Below are positions 51,638 to 64,000 of a stretch of 64,000 bases of DNA, piece after piece (the stretch's first letter is position 1; each line of letters starts with the position of its first letter). The notes beneath the pieces are model-generated. The model worked only from the letters and a program-made list of their open reading frames with translations. It searched no databases and was not told the origin of the DNA. Both the position numbers and the translations under genes were made by a program. The stretch is from Octopus bimaculoides (Eukaryota): positions 28,797,349 through 28,861,348 of the forward strand of contig NC_068982.1 in assembly GCF_001194135.2 (NCBI RefSeq). Direction: 5' to 3'.

Positions 51638-51708
<71 letters not shown>

Positions 51709-51717
51709 GCGCGCACG

Positions 51718-51769
<52 letters not shown>

Positions 51770-52169
51770 GGTGAGCACACAAGTACAAAACAAGGTGGAA
51801 AAAACTCTACTCGAATACCAAAGGTAGCTTATTCGTACGGCTTGGAATGTTTAATAAAAGTATACGTGTGTGTGTGCGTGTGTGTGTGTTTATCATGTAT
51901 ATATTAATAATGTGTACATATATATGATACATAATATCATGTATATATCACGTATATATGTACATGCATATATCATGTATATATTTATATGTATCATGCA
52001 CATCATGTATATATGTAAATGCACACGCGTGCGCATGTGTTCACGTGCACAGACGCTCAAACATGCAATTCAACCATATATATTACACGGTTGCTGAAAA
52101 CAATAGCAACTATAGAACATTTACATTCTCATAAGAGGGTGATCTAAACGACATAAAGTATGGTATTTA

Positions 52170-52450
52170 ATGTGGGTCTGCTACGGCGGGCTTCTCTTCT
52201 TTACTCTCAAAGGGCTTCATATACGAATCCCGTCCAGAAGTTCAATGTCCTTTATATAGAGCATTAATTCTCCAGCTTCTATAAGCAGACGATGAATGTG
52301 AATAAAGGCCTCAGATTCGTTTGTATGACAGTCTCAGATTTCGCTTCAAAGTGTTTTTATAATATTTGAGAAGATCCCCAGCAGTAAGATTACAAATTAC
52401 AGACTGCTTTGGGAATGCAGTCATTTTGCATACAATCTATAACACCATAT
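52170..52450 (-). mobile_element. Decayed RTE LINE C-terminal fragment
   Basis: MQNDCIPK, YYKNTLKRNLR and YRSWR…LYKG…FE resemble the RTE C-terminal RM.D.RIPKQ / YKDTLK.NLK / DR..WR motifs. Confidence 0.55.
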
Positions 52451-53127
52451 CAGCGAAATTGACATCTTATTAGTGATGCCTACTTGTCTGTGGTTTACGG
52501 CGCCATAGAAATTTTGCATTGGGTATCATGCATCTCTACATACAAAGACAATTGTACGTACACTTTGTGTGCGTGTGTGTGTGTGAACAAAAGTACTTCT
52601 CGAAGCAATAACATTTTTAAAGAACATATATTAGCGACAGAGGCAGTATTAATACCAAGAGGTAATAATATCTATCCCGACTTAAATGTGGATGTTCTGT
52701 TAAAACAGACTATACTGCAGTAGATACCATGAGAGAAATTTTCATGTTGTCTTTTGATGCGGAATGCACTCTTGTTTATCTAGCGTGGGTATAAATCTCT
52801 AGTGGTCAAGCGCTCATCATTGACAAAACCAAAGAAGATCGAAATCATGTGATTTGGTGGTCTCGACACTGGAGATGGCGGAGATTTATCTCCCCGCTAG
52901 CGATATAAACGAGAGTGCATTTTGCACCAAAAACCAATATGAGTTTCTCTTAGGGTAACACACCGCAGTAAAGTTTATTCTAACAGAACATCCACGTTTA
53001 AGTGGCGATAAATAAAACTCCTGTACTGGGTCTTTTATATTACTGGTTTACTTAATCGACTGATTAATATAACTAATCTGATGCATAAGTGTGTGAGCAT
53101 GTGCGAATTTATGCACATGCACATACA

Positions 53128-53180
<53 letters not shown>

Positions 53181-53440
53181 GTGTGTGTGTGCATTTGCAC
53201 GTATTGTGCATCGTATTGCAGCACTCCTCCACTGTTCTCAATCAGTTGCTTCATCCTATTTTCAGTTCAAAACATTTAGATCCTCCTGAAATGCTACTCA
53301 CCGCGTGGCCTGTTCTCTTCACGGTTAATAATATTTGTGTTTAACATTAATAAATTTGTACTTTACATAAGTTATAGTGTAACCCATCAGATTAATGTAA
53401 AATTCCTTTCATTACAACTGAACATAAAAACAAACATTAG

Positions 53441-53476
<36 letters not shown>

Positions 53477-54461
53477 TAACACGATTGGATTCCATCCAAC
53501 GCGAGTTGTCCCGCCTGGCCTAACACTTACGTATGAAGAATAATGATCATTTTTACAATTTAATTTTATCAAAACTTCTACCCACATTTTTTATTTCATT
53601 CCACCCACACTTTTAATATTATGTAGTCTGTAACATTTTATTCCTTCCCGACGATAAGTACTCTGCGATATTTTTTCAATGAAATAATCCCCTTCATAGC
53701 TTAAACATACACCAAAATACATATCTAAATAATAAGCTCTGGTATGTAAGAGGTTTATATATGTATACACGGAAACACTAACGCAACGCGCATGATATAT
53801 TTACTGATATCCTTACATACAGATGCGTGTAGTGAAATATTTATCTCTATACTTAATATATATACACAGAATAACTTGGAAGAATTTCAAAGCAGAAATA
53901 AGAGAAGATATTAAGTGACACGCTGCTTGATTTTAATCCCGTAGATGTTATCAACCCAGGAAACTATTACGTAAATTTGCTACCCAAACTAACAATATTC
54001 TGTTGCTTTTGTTGTTGCTTCTGTGTTGCCCTGATCTGATCGGATCGTGCTGACCTATAGCATGCAATTTATCGGTTGGCTGACTTGATACGATCCTCAG
54101 ATCTAGTGCTACAGATATAGAAACTCCCCGCTTGTCTGAGGACTCAGAGCCCATGGTTTAGCGTAAAGAGGAAGTTTTTATCGCAAACAAACTGACTTAT
54201 GATACACGTGTTCTCCACCTCTAAAGTTATCGTTATATCGTTTATGAGTACTGTTTCCTTATGAGAAAATATAATTAAGCTGGTCGAAAGTGTAATGTAA
54301 TCTTTCACGTGACGTCGGTTCAAAAAAAGAAAAGAGAGGCCGGCGGACTACATTTTATTTCTCGCAATCGAGAAAAGAATCTGACGGTATTTAGATATGG
54401 CCCTTTACGTTTTACGTTCAAATCCCGCCCAATTTAACTTTGCCTTTTGTCCTTCAATTGG

Positions 54462-54512
<51 letters not shown>

Positions 54513-54698
54513 NNNNNNNNNNNNNNNNNNNNNNNNNNNNNNNNNNNNNNNNNNNNNNNNNNNNNNNNNNNNNNNNNNNNNNNNNNNNNNNNNNNNNNNN
54601 NNNNNNNNNNNNNNNNNNNNNNNNNNNNNNNNNNNNNNNNNNNNNNNNNNNNNNNNNNNNNNNNNNNNNNNNNNNNNNNNNNNNNNNNNNNNNNNNNN

Positions 54699-54763
<65 letters not shown>

Positions 54764-54854
54764 TATATATATGTCGCATTTGTTTGAACTTTGAGCCTAT
54801 ATCAAAAATCGATGTAATATGAAAATCAAGCATATAATCATAGTTTCTCATTTA

Positions 54855-55015
54855 GGCAGAAAGCCAGCAGTTTTGAGGAGAGGTTGTTAGCGAATGCTAT
54901 TTACCCCAACACTTGACCAGTACTATGTTTTAGCGATCGGGAAAGGATGAATGGCAAAGTTGATCTCGATGGGATTTGAACTCAGAACCTAAAGAGTCGG
55001 AAACCCAGCGCATGA
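54855..55015 (-). mobile_element. Diverged SINE D fragment
   Basis: ggaaaggatgaatggcaaagttgatctcg…tttgaactcagaac. Confidence 0.7.
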
Positions 55016-56532
55016 AGAGTGAAAAATAAAGTGTCATTGTAATGTTAATCTCACAGGCGAGAGACGAAATGAGAAAAAGGAGGCTTTTTATAGAAAAGGT
55101 CTTCTTTTTCTCCTTCATTTCTCACCTGTCTCCAATGTTATTATTACAATGGCACTTTACCTGTTGGTAAATTCTTATAAGCAATGTATAATACAAAATA
55201 GCTATCATAAGTTGTGTAATGAATCGTAGCCATTGTAAGATAAATTGTTTTCTAGCGATTCGTGACTTCTGCCGTATAGATTTTCAGTTATATATACCGT
55301 TGAAGCTTAAGCATCTTATAAGAATCTGCGCACCAGGCGGGTTTGAGAATCAAAAGAAAGTCTGGTATTCGAATCTGTTAAATATCATTTAATGTCTAAT
55401 GTCATTGACTTCACATGAATTCGCGGAACCAAGGTTGAGTTCAAAAGGTAGGTTTAACTGACACCTTTTCATACTTAACAGCATTTAGAATAAATGTAGT
55501 AAATCTAATCACGTTACGCATCGATGACTCTTCTGTCACCGCCAAAGGTTTCATCTTTATGCAGTGTTTAGTTTAAACCAGCCTAGCAGTGTCTTCCTAC
55601 AAGCTAAAGACTGCGTCTGAAAACTATGAAAATAAGATGAAATACAAGATAAATAAAGTAAACTGGTTCAACCTAGAAACAAATCTGCTGCTGATTCCGC
55701 TTGTCGAAAACACGTCTTCGCCTTAAGAAATTTAAAAAAGCTAAAGACAAAACTGATATAAACCAAGCGTAATTGATAATTACTATATTGTTTACTTTAA
55801 ATATTCAATGTCAGTAAAAGATAGTATTTAGAGAACAGAAGGCAAAATTTATGAAAGAAAAAAAATCAAATAAATAATTTAGTTTTGAATTCGATAGGTG
55901 CTCAATTCTTATGATAGTGGCATTTTGTAATTTGAGTGTATTAATAACTTGGGTATATTACTTACTATAACTATGAGCATCACAATTTCACTCTGCCCTT
56001 GAAATTATAAGTTTATTTAACCAATCCTTAATGTTGTTTCATTTCAGTCTCTACAGGCTTGTATTTTGTATATTATGGAATTTTCGGAAAACCATATTAT
56101 TATATAACTTGTTAATTAGAGTAAAGTGGTTTATCTTGTTCAATCTATATAAAAAATAACACAAACACTGTTGATATTAATTCATTTTTCTATAAAAGAA
56201 AGCGTGTTCTTATTCTGAGAGAACGCTAACAGATGTTACACACAGTATTATTACTGTTGTTCATAAAGTTCGTACTATTTTCGAGCGGAATTTCTTTATC
56301 TCTGATCTATTATGTAGGTTCTGGCTTCATAAAATTTATTTAAAGTGTCTTATCTAACAATCTGTTCTTTGAAGTGGATCAATCTGGACTTACTTCAGTT
56401 TGAGCACCAGGATCATTGAAGATCGTAATTATTATGAAACAGTAAAAAAATAAAAAAAGGAAAAAGACAGAAAGATAAAGCAAAGGGTTTTTAGTATATA
56501 TATATATATTCTATTTTATTTTTTCCTATGTG

Positions 56533-56753
56533 AATATTGGTTTCAAGTTTTGGCACAAGATCAGAAGTTTCAGGGTAAAGGGTGAGTCGATTACATCGAC
56601 CCCAGTAATCAATTGGTACTTATTTCATTGAACCCCGAAAGGATGAAAGGCAACTCGACCTCGGCGGAATTTGAACTCAGAACATAAAGATGAATGAAAT
56701 GCCGCTAAGCATTTCCCCCGCCGTGCTAATGGTTCTGCCAGCTCGCTGTCTTA
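56533..56753 (-). mobile_element. SINE D copy (D3 tail)
   Basis: Full head, core and tail, as in 16294-16514. Confidence 0.88.
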
Positions 56754-58033
56754 GGACCCACAATATTTGATAAAGATTATGTCGTTGATGTACACTGAAC
56801 GTGTGTCTGAACGTATTCCAGCCTACACTAACTTGTCTTTTTTTTAAGGTTGTGTATGAATACACAGCCTTAAATATTCCTAAACGCTGAAGTATGATTG
56901 AAAGCAAATTTGGCTGCTCTGGCCTAAAATAGTGTTATTTCGTTGACTCACTTCGAATCTAGTTAAACTTAAATGCGACAAACACCTGATTAAATTATTC
57001 TCAGATTGCTGTATTAAGTTAACAGATTGGAAAAATAAAAGCATGGAAGAATTTTAGTGAACGTCATTTCAGTTCCGTAGGGGACTGAGTAGATTAATTG
57101 TTTACTAAGGAGGATTGAGATATGAGATCCAATAAAAGCAAAGAGAAGGATAGAAAGCAAATGCCTGGATCGATTTTATACTAGACATGACTAAAGTACC
57201 ATCTAAGAACGCTCGAGCTGTATAGGTAAGGTAGATCTGGTCTGGCTTTACGGAAACCATAAGCTGAGAATAAGATTCAGTATAGTTTTAACTGTCAACA
57301 TAGTCTTCTTTTCTTTCTTCACATTTTAGATAAGCGGTTTGAGATTATCAAGGAATGAACATTTATTTCAATAGCCTGAAGACTACAATATCTTAAAGTT
57401 TTCAGTAAAGATTTATCAGTAGGTAACGAGATCTCCGCCAATAATTAGGATTATGCGGATTCAAATATATCTACACGAACATTCATTGTTCTTTGAAGTG
57501 TCATATCTTGCGTGTTTCGGGTCAATCTACTTTTGATAATCATTGACTCGCTTCGTTCCTAAGGCAAACTTGTTTTCATCAACAAAGGCAGAAAGAATCA
57601 CAATACCTGACGTTTCTAGTCATAATTCTGTTTTCATTCTAGAACGACAAGTTGTTTGATAATTATTCAACACTCTTTTTGAAAGAAAAAGAACTGATGT
57701 TTACTGCATAATCCGATAAATGTCGATAACAAAATCAGTCAGTTCTAAGTAAACTACTTTAAAGATGAAAACTTGTTTTTACCTAGACCTTATAACCAAA
57801 TACTTGACAGTAAAAGTCATCTCATATAACAACTTTTCATAATAGAATTATATAGATCTTAGTGTAATGGTGAACCTCGCTATCGTTGTTTATCAACGTG
57901 AAGAATGTATTGTTAAGGATCACATTTGATTTATATAGAATACTGTAGGTGTGACGTCTTCATTCGGAACCTGACCTCCACCACGCCCACTCACACGTAC
58001 ACGTGAAGTGATTTGAACAATGCGAGCCCTTTT

Positions 58034-58170
58034 CCGTTGTTGTTTAGTTCAGGTCAACATTGAAAGAACAAAACTAAGATCAAAGACATATAGGAATATA
58101 CTATCTAAATGCATCCTCTCTTGTTTAAGGTGATGGCTTATGATTTGAGGTAAATTTAGCTTCTATGCCA
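58034..58170 (-). mobile_element. Repeat family F copy
   Basis: Reverse complement of the 17283-17435 pattern, ending in CAACAAC. Confidence 0.5.
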
Positions 58171-59563
58171 GGCACGCAAGCATGATGTTACCTCGTTGTC
58201 TCGCCTTGTGTCTAATAAAACGCGAATACAATGTATACTGATGAAAGGTTAGTATGTAAACCTACGCAAATATGTGCCTACAGAATGGTTTTCATAGAGT
58301 AATGGAAATATTTTAGACTTTCCAACAAAACGTTTCCATTACCATGATTTCTTTTATACTGATTACTAAAAACACATAGAGTAAGGGTTTGTAGCGAAGA
58401 CATATCGGCTCCGTTATTTATTACTGTCTGAGGTTATAAGTTTCTTCCTTTGTCATTTGAACTGATCACAGTGTCCTCTCGTTCGCTTGTTAAGGAAGGG
58501 ACACATCTCACTGCTCATGAAATGCATCTGCTGCCTATACACTCTGCACAAAAGGCTCGCTGTACATGACTAAAATTTCAGATGCATGTTTAGAGGCCGC
58601 GAGATCTGTAGCGGTACTGGATGGTATAGTAAGTCATTCAGGTTGTCATTTGTCCACCACGTTTCCCCACAACTTGTCTCTTTCATACATCAGTGCTGGA
58701 TTAGGCGAATACCAACACTGGGTGCTTGACATTTGGAATGTTATTTGTTTTTCATAGTTACTTATGCGTCTGGCAACACGGTTGTTTGTACGTTACCCCT
58801 TGCGTTCTATAATTGTTCGCATTTGGCAAAAATGACTAGGTCCTCGGCGAGACTCTGGGTCAACGATGATCAGTTGTTCAGCCTAATCGGATAGAATTTC
58901 AGCCTAGCAACAACGGAAACCTCCAAAATTCTCTGATCCACTATTGATCCCACAGGTATTGTCTGTTCGGGATGAACTCTAGAGGCACACTGACGCCGCG
59001 AATCTGGATTGTTCGTGCTTCGTGCAGGGTAGCAAAACTGTTCTATAATTAGTTGTCCTCTGTTTATGCATTACTCATCTGCGATGGTAAGTTGTACAGC
59101 TGTTATTGTGTGTAGGAGAGATCCAGTCATCAGCTCAATTTATCGTGAGTTTCTACCCAACTACCTTCTTTGGCCGGGGTGAATAGGCAATTTTCCTCTA
59201 TGTGGTGATCATGTCAAAAGAGATTGCTTGCATGATTGACAAGACTGAAAGTATTAAAGTCACTACTTTTATCGATGAAGCAATCCTCTACTTTTTTTAA
59301 ATTCTACTTAGAAAGATGATGTTGGAGAGAAAAGTTTGTCCTTCACGTGATATTCATGAGACTGGCGAAAATGGCGCACTTGAATGGGACTGCTTTGAGA
59401 ATCTGTGTTAGTACACAGTGTAGTTATAGTTTAGTGGAGTTCTTTAATAGAATCTAGAAACCTATCCTCCAGTTGAGATTTCTCATTTCATAGCTTTTGG
59501 AAACATTTGTTTCCTATCACTGCTCTGTTTCTGCGTTCACACCACCGTTTTTATAATTAAACC

Positions 59564-59604
<41 letters not shown>

Positions 59605-59788
59605 AAGGCGCCGAGCTGGCAGAATCGTTAGCACGCCTGGCGAAACGCTTAGCGGTATTTCGCCAGCCGCTACGTTCTGAGTGCATTCTTCGGGGTCGAT
59701 AAATTAAGTACCAGTGAAACAATGGTGCTGATGTAATTGACTAGTCCCCTCCCCAAAAATTCCAGGTCTTGTGCCTTTGATAGAAAGG

Positions 59789-59835
<47 letters not shown>

Positions 59836-60470
59836 GAAGGCGGTGAGCTGGCAGAATCGTTAGCGCGCTGGACGAAATGCTTACCGGTATTTCGCCCGTC
59901 GCTACATTCTAAATTAAAATTCCGCCGAGGTCAACTTTGCCTTTCATACTTTCGGGATCGATAAATCAAGAACCAGTGAAACACTGAGGTCGATGTAATA
60001 GACTTAACCGCCCCCAACAAAAAAAAATGTCAGGCCTTGTGGCTATGGTAGAGTAGAATATTATTATTATTGTTGTTGTTAGGCGGCGAGCAGGCAGAAT
60101 TGTAAGCACGCTGGGCGCAATGCTTAGCGGTATCCGTCCGTCTTCACTGCTAAGGTCGACTTTGCCTTTCATCCTGTAATCGACTAATCCCCTCCCCCAA
60201 AATTGCTGCTCTTGTGGCAAAATTTGAAACCAGTATTATCATTATTGATGTTGTTGTTATTGTTAAGGGCGATGAATCGGTAGAATCATTTATGGCTTGG
60301 ATAAAATGCTTTGCCTAACTATTCCGGCTCTTTATATTTTGAATTCAAATCTCCTAAAATCAGCTTTGCCTAAAATAAAATAGAATAGCGCTCAACGACT
60401 AAGCTCGATTTAGTCGACTAATCTCTCCTCCGAAATTTATGGCTTTTTGTCTATGTTAAAAAGAATAATT
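59564..60470 (+). mobile_element. Head-to-tail array of four SINE D copies with (ATT)n linkers
   Basis: (TTA)n at 59564-59603; heads at 59605, 59837, 60081 and 60265; (ATT)n at 59789-59834. Confidence 0.9.
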
Positions 60471-63136
60471 CCTATTGTTATTTGGGTGGTAAATTTAATC
60501 TGTCGCCTGGTGTAATACAATTAATTACCTTCCACCTTGGGTGTGTTTAGCAGAGTTAATCCTGTTTCAAGTATTCAGGCTAGGTCTTCAGCTTCATGAT
60601 ACCTTCGTCTCTATCTCCCACTAGTCTAGGTGACCCTTTGAAGGAACATGTGTACTACTTTCCTCATTGCAAAGAGAAAAAAAAACTGCAATTGTTAACC
60701 CATATCTAGCAATATCGTAAAGCTAACCTTTAGGATTGGGTAATTAATCTCCGCAAAATTCTAATGTGTTGAGTACTTCCATATTTTTATACGGCAGAAC
60801 ATGAACACACGTTCGTACACACCCATATATGCACCCATTCACCCAAAACTTTAATGCATAAAAGAAGAAAAACAGAGGAAGAAACAAACAAGTAGATAAC
60901 AGAAAAAACTTGGATGTTTTTTATATCTATTATGATTTCCATTAATAACAGTATATAATATTTTTTTGTCGGCATGTTTGTATAATTCAAGGTTTTGAGG
61001 CTAAAATAATACACATGTGGAATTTTAGGTCATCTAAATAAGAATAATGTTTTTTATTAAAATAATTTTGAAAATGTTTCAATAGATAATAATCTAAAGG
61101 AGCAAGATAAGAATAATAAGGAGGGTGTGGAAGGCTTTTTTAAAGTTAGCTTTTGAATATTTGCAGAAGCGATTTTAGCAGCACAGAACCAGCATACAGA
61201 TATAGTGGAAATTCCTCTGTGCAAAGCAGTATTTAGTTGAATTAGTTGTGTATGAAATAGCTCCGACGTTGAAGAATTTTTGCCCTAGATCATCTGTATA
61301 CGGGAAGAGCTTATGATGAAAGAAATTCCAACACGACTATCACACTCTTTTTTTTATAAACTACGGGAGACCTAGTGTATCCATGATTGTATTCGGTTGA
61401 TTCGGTTTCATTTTTCTAGCAAGTCAAGTGCTTAATTACGTAGAGATTTCTTCAATGCTGATGCTGATGAAAATAATAAGGAGAGGACAGGTGGAGAAAA
61501 ACATATATATGTTGTGCATCTACTACATTATTTGCTGATTGTAAAATGATTTCAGGTTATTCAGTTGAACAAACTATTGATTTCTCACTGTATCAGAAAA
61601 CCATAATTTAAAGTGTGGGACAGAAGCAATCCATTAATATTGGTATCTTTCAATATATAACTAGTATTTAGGCGACGAGATGGTAGAACTGTTACTTCGC
61701 CAAACAAAACCCTTAGTAGCTTTTCTTTCCCTTGAGCTCGACTTTTCCTGCCATCCTTGTGCCAAAATTAGAAAGAAATATATACTTAGTATTCCTTTTA
61801 GAGGCTCTTTAAGAGCAATGAAAGGCAGAAAGTCTGGAGTGTTAAATGAACGATATTTAAACTTGCGTTTAACCGTCTCCAAAACTTCAGTGCAAAAACA
61901 TTTCACTATTGGCATAGAATATAATTTCCAGAGTTAATAAAAATCAATGGTTTTTCTGTTTGAAATCCTAAGTGGTTATAAAGAAATTTCAAATTATTAG
62001 CGTTGAATCTTTGGGAGTGTTAGAAACGTTTTCTATACATGTTTTCTAGAAGTATCATTGCTGATACTTGTTAAATATGCAAATATTTTTCAGTCGGTGG
62101 TTTGGTAGTGAAGCAGAGCATTGACGACGAGGAGGATGGATACATGGATGTATTTCTAGTCAGACAGTTTACTAGTTTCTTTAATCAGAAGAAGCAAATG
62201 GAGGATGCTGTGGATTACGATATTTTGAAACGGAAAGGTTTGCCTGTCAGACCTGTTGTGATCTTTTGATGTAATTTTTAAAATGCCTTTGTATGTAATA
62301 GCTGCAGAGTTGAACATTCTCAGAAATTTTTGTTTTAGCGTAATGGAAGATGTTTGTGTGTTTTGTATTGTCAGCACTATTTCTGCCACTAAATAAGTAC
62401 TTAGGTTTTGGTATACAGTTTTAGCTATTATAGACATGTGGTCACTAGAAAAAAAAATAATAAAACAAGAATCGCAGGAGCTTAGTTAGGGCTTATTCGT
62501 TGGTAAGGAAGATATTGCGTGTTTTCTTCGTGTGTTTATTGACTGTTTTGCTTCTGAGAAATAAATACAATCTAGCATGTTCCTATCGCAGGATATTTAT
62601 GAGCTCTGTGTTCATAGACATACTGCAGACTTAGCAAGAGATTTATGGATGAAGGGGTGAAGTGTGCTATTATCTGCATAGGTTTGGGCGTGTGTGTTTA
62701 CATTTAACATCAAATATATGACTGCACAGTCGGAAATTTCACAAGATAAAATTTGAACCATAGGGTGCATCCTAGTTATCAGAGATGGTTTCCAAGTGAG
62801 CTCCATTGACTTAGACTATATTGTGATCCGAATGAAATTCCTGACCAAGAAGTTTACATGAGAGTAGTGTCTAGCTTTTCATGTCATGACTGATGTTCGT
62901 GTGCTGGTGTACAGTGAAACAGAAATAATGGAAAAATCTAAATACATAAAAAAAAAATATCACCATCATTGCATTATAATTACTCCACTTCCCAAAAGTA
63001 ATTGCTCTCACGAACAGTATAATTTTGCTATATATTTCATATTCTCTATTATTGACATATTCATAAAGAACTCGCCATAAAAACTTTAATTCTGCATTTT
63101 TGAAAGTGTTCTATGGAGTAAAAATTAGAATTTATC

Positions 63137-63200
<64 letters not shown>

Positions 63201-63786
63201 ACTAGGGAATATAGAAAAAAAATTGATTAAGTTTGAGCACATCTTAAAGTTTACCTGTTGTTTACAACGTATCTCTCTTGTACTATTAAGGTGTATAGAG
63301 AAGGTAAACGTTTCCAAGGCTCTTCAGACGCTTTCTAGACCCAATTCTAGGTTCCAGTTTTATGGAAACGAGTGGAAGAGAGATTGAAATATCCCGCATA
63401 TAAAACACCAGTTTATCATATATTTTTCATACGATCTCGCATCAACTGGTGTCTCGCACTAGCCAACTAATTCACCAAAAGCTACCAATTTCCCCAGAAT
63501 AATTGCTATCCGAAAGTCCCTCTCCTCACGCGTGTTCACTACATACATCAACTTACTGATGTTCAGGCTTAATATAAACCACATCAATCTTACCGGGCTC
63601 AAAGGGACTGCATAGGGTATGGGCACATCCGTCATCCTGACAAAGGCGTGAAAAAATATTTATTTTTACCATCTAGGTGAAATGAAGCATGAATATGAAA
63701 TATTTCTGTCTAGAAACACAGTGGACGCTTGTACTGCACAGTTCAAATCCTAATCCTCTTAGTCATTTTACTTTTGTTGTATGCAT

Positions 63787-63787
63787 G

Positions 63788-63819
<32 letters not shown>

Positions 63820-64000
63820 TGTATGTATGTATCTATCAGTCTCTTTCTCGCTATCTATCTAGCTATCTATCTATCTGTCATCTATCTATCTGTTTGACTG
63901 TCTATCTATCTATTTATCTATCTCTCTGTCTCTCTCTCTCTCTCTATTTATCTCTATCTATCTATCTACCTATCTATCTATCTACCTATCTATCTATCTA
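63787..64000. repeat. (TATG)n/(ATCT)n/(CT)n compound repeat
   Basis: Direct reading. Confidence 0.95.

Noticed and set aside
52878-52903. Helitron 3' end (hairpin followed by CTAG)
   Set aside because: The hairpin abuts CTAG without the usual spacing, and no matching 5' TC end or second copy is seen.
59564-60470. Repeat-spacer appearance suggesting a CRISPR array
   Set aside because: The units are ~220-bp SINEs with microsatellite linkers in eukaryotic DNA; there are no short constant repeats and no cas genes.
60800-62450. Possible decayed LINE (KAFHT and LYAG-like peptides)
   Set aside because: The motif order is inconsistent with RT and the similarity is too weak to call by eye.

Overview
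AT-rich, microsatellite-dense eukaryotic DNA from a gapped draft assembly (10 N-gaps, nearly all flanked by simple repeats). It is most likely intronic or intergenic cephalopod (Octopus-like) sequence; this is an inference from the repeat families recalled, not a database result. No host protein-coding gene can be confidently identified, and almost all ORFs in the track are microsatellite or gap artefacts. The window is a patchwork of mobile elements. There are several tRNA-derived SINE families, labelled A-D here; D often forms head-to-tail arrays. Also present are a 2.6-kb 5'-truncated RTE LINE with an 8-bp TSD, a Tx1/L1 endonuclease fragment, CR1-like, RTE and Penelope remnants, Tigger and mariner transposase relics, and mariner, hAT and Merlin-like MITEs. 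The most notable observations are: (1) type I hammerhead-ribozyme motifs in three different dispersed repeats, one with a fully canonical core (5272-5386); (2) a U6 snRNA fragment joined to a SINE array (46768-46849); (3) a perfect 76-bp inverted repeat (8761-8958); (4) a 656-bp TIR element with an 8-bp TSD, internal TAACCC repeats and nested inverted repeats (15378-16033); and (5) a 217-bp SINE concatemer (about 20.9-21.5 kb). All alignments were done by eye.
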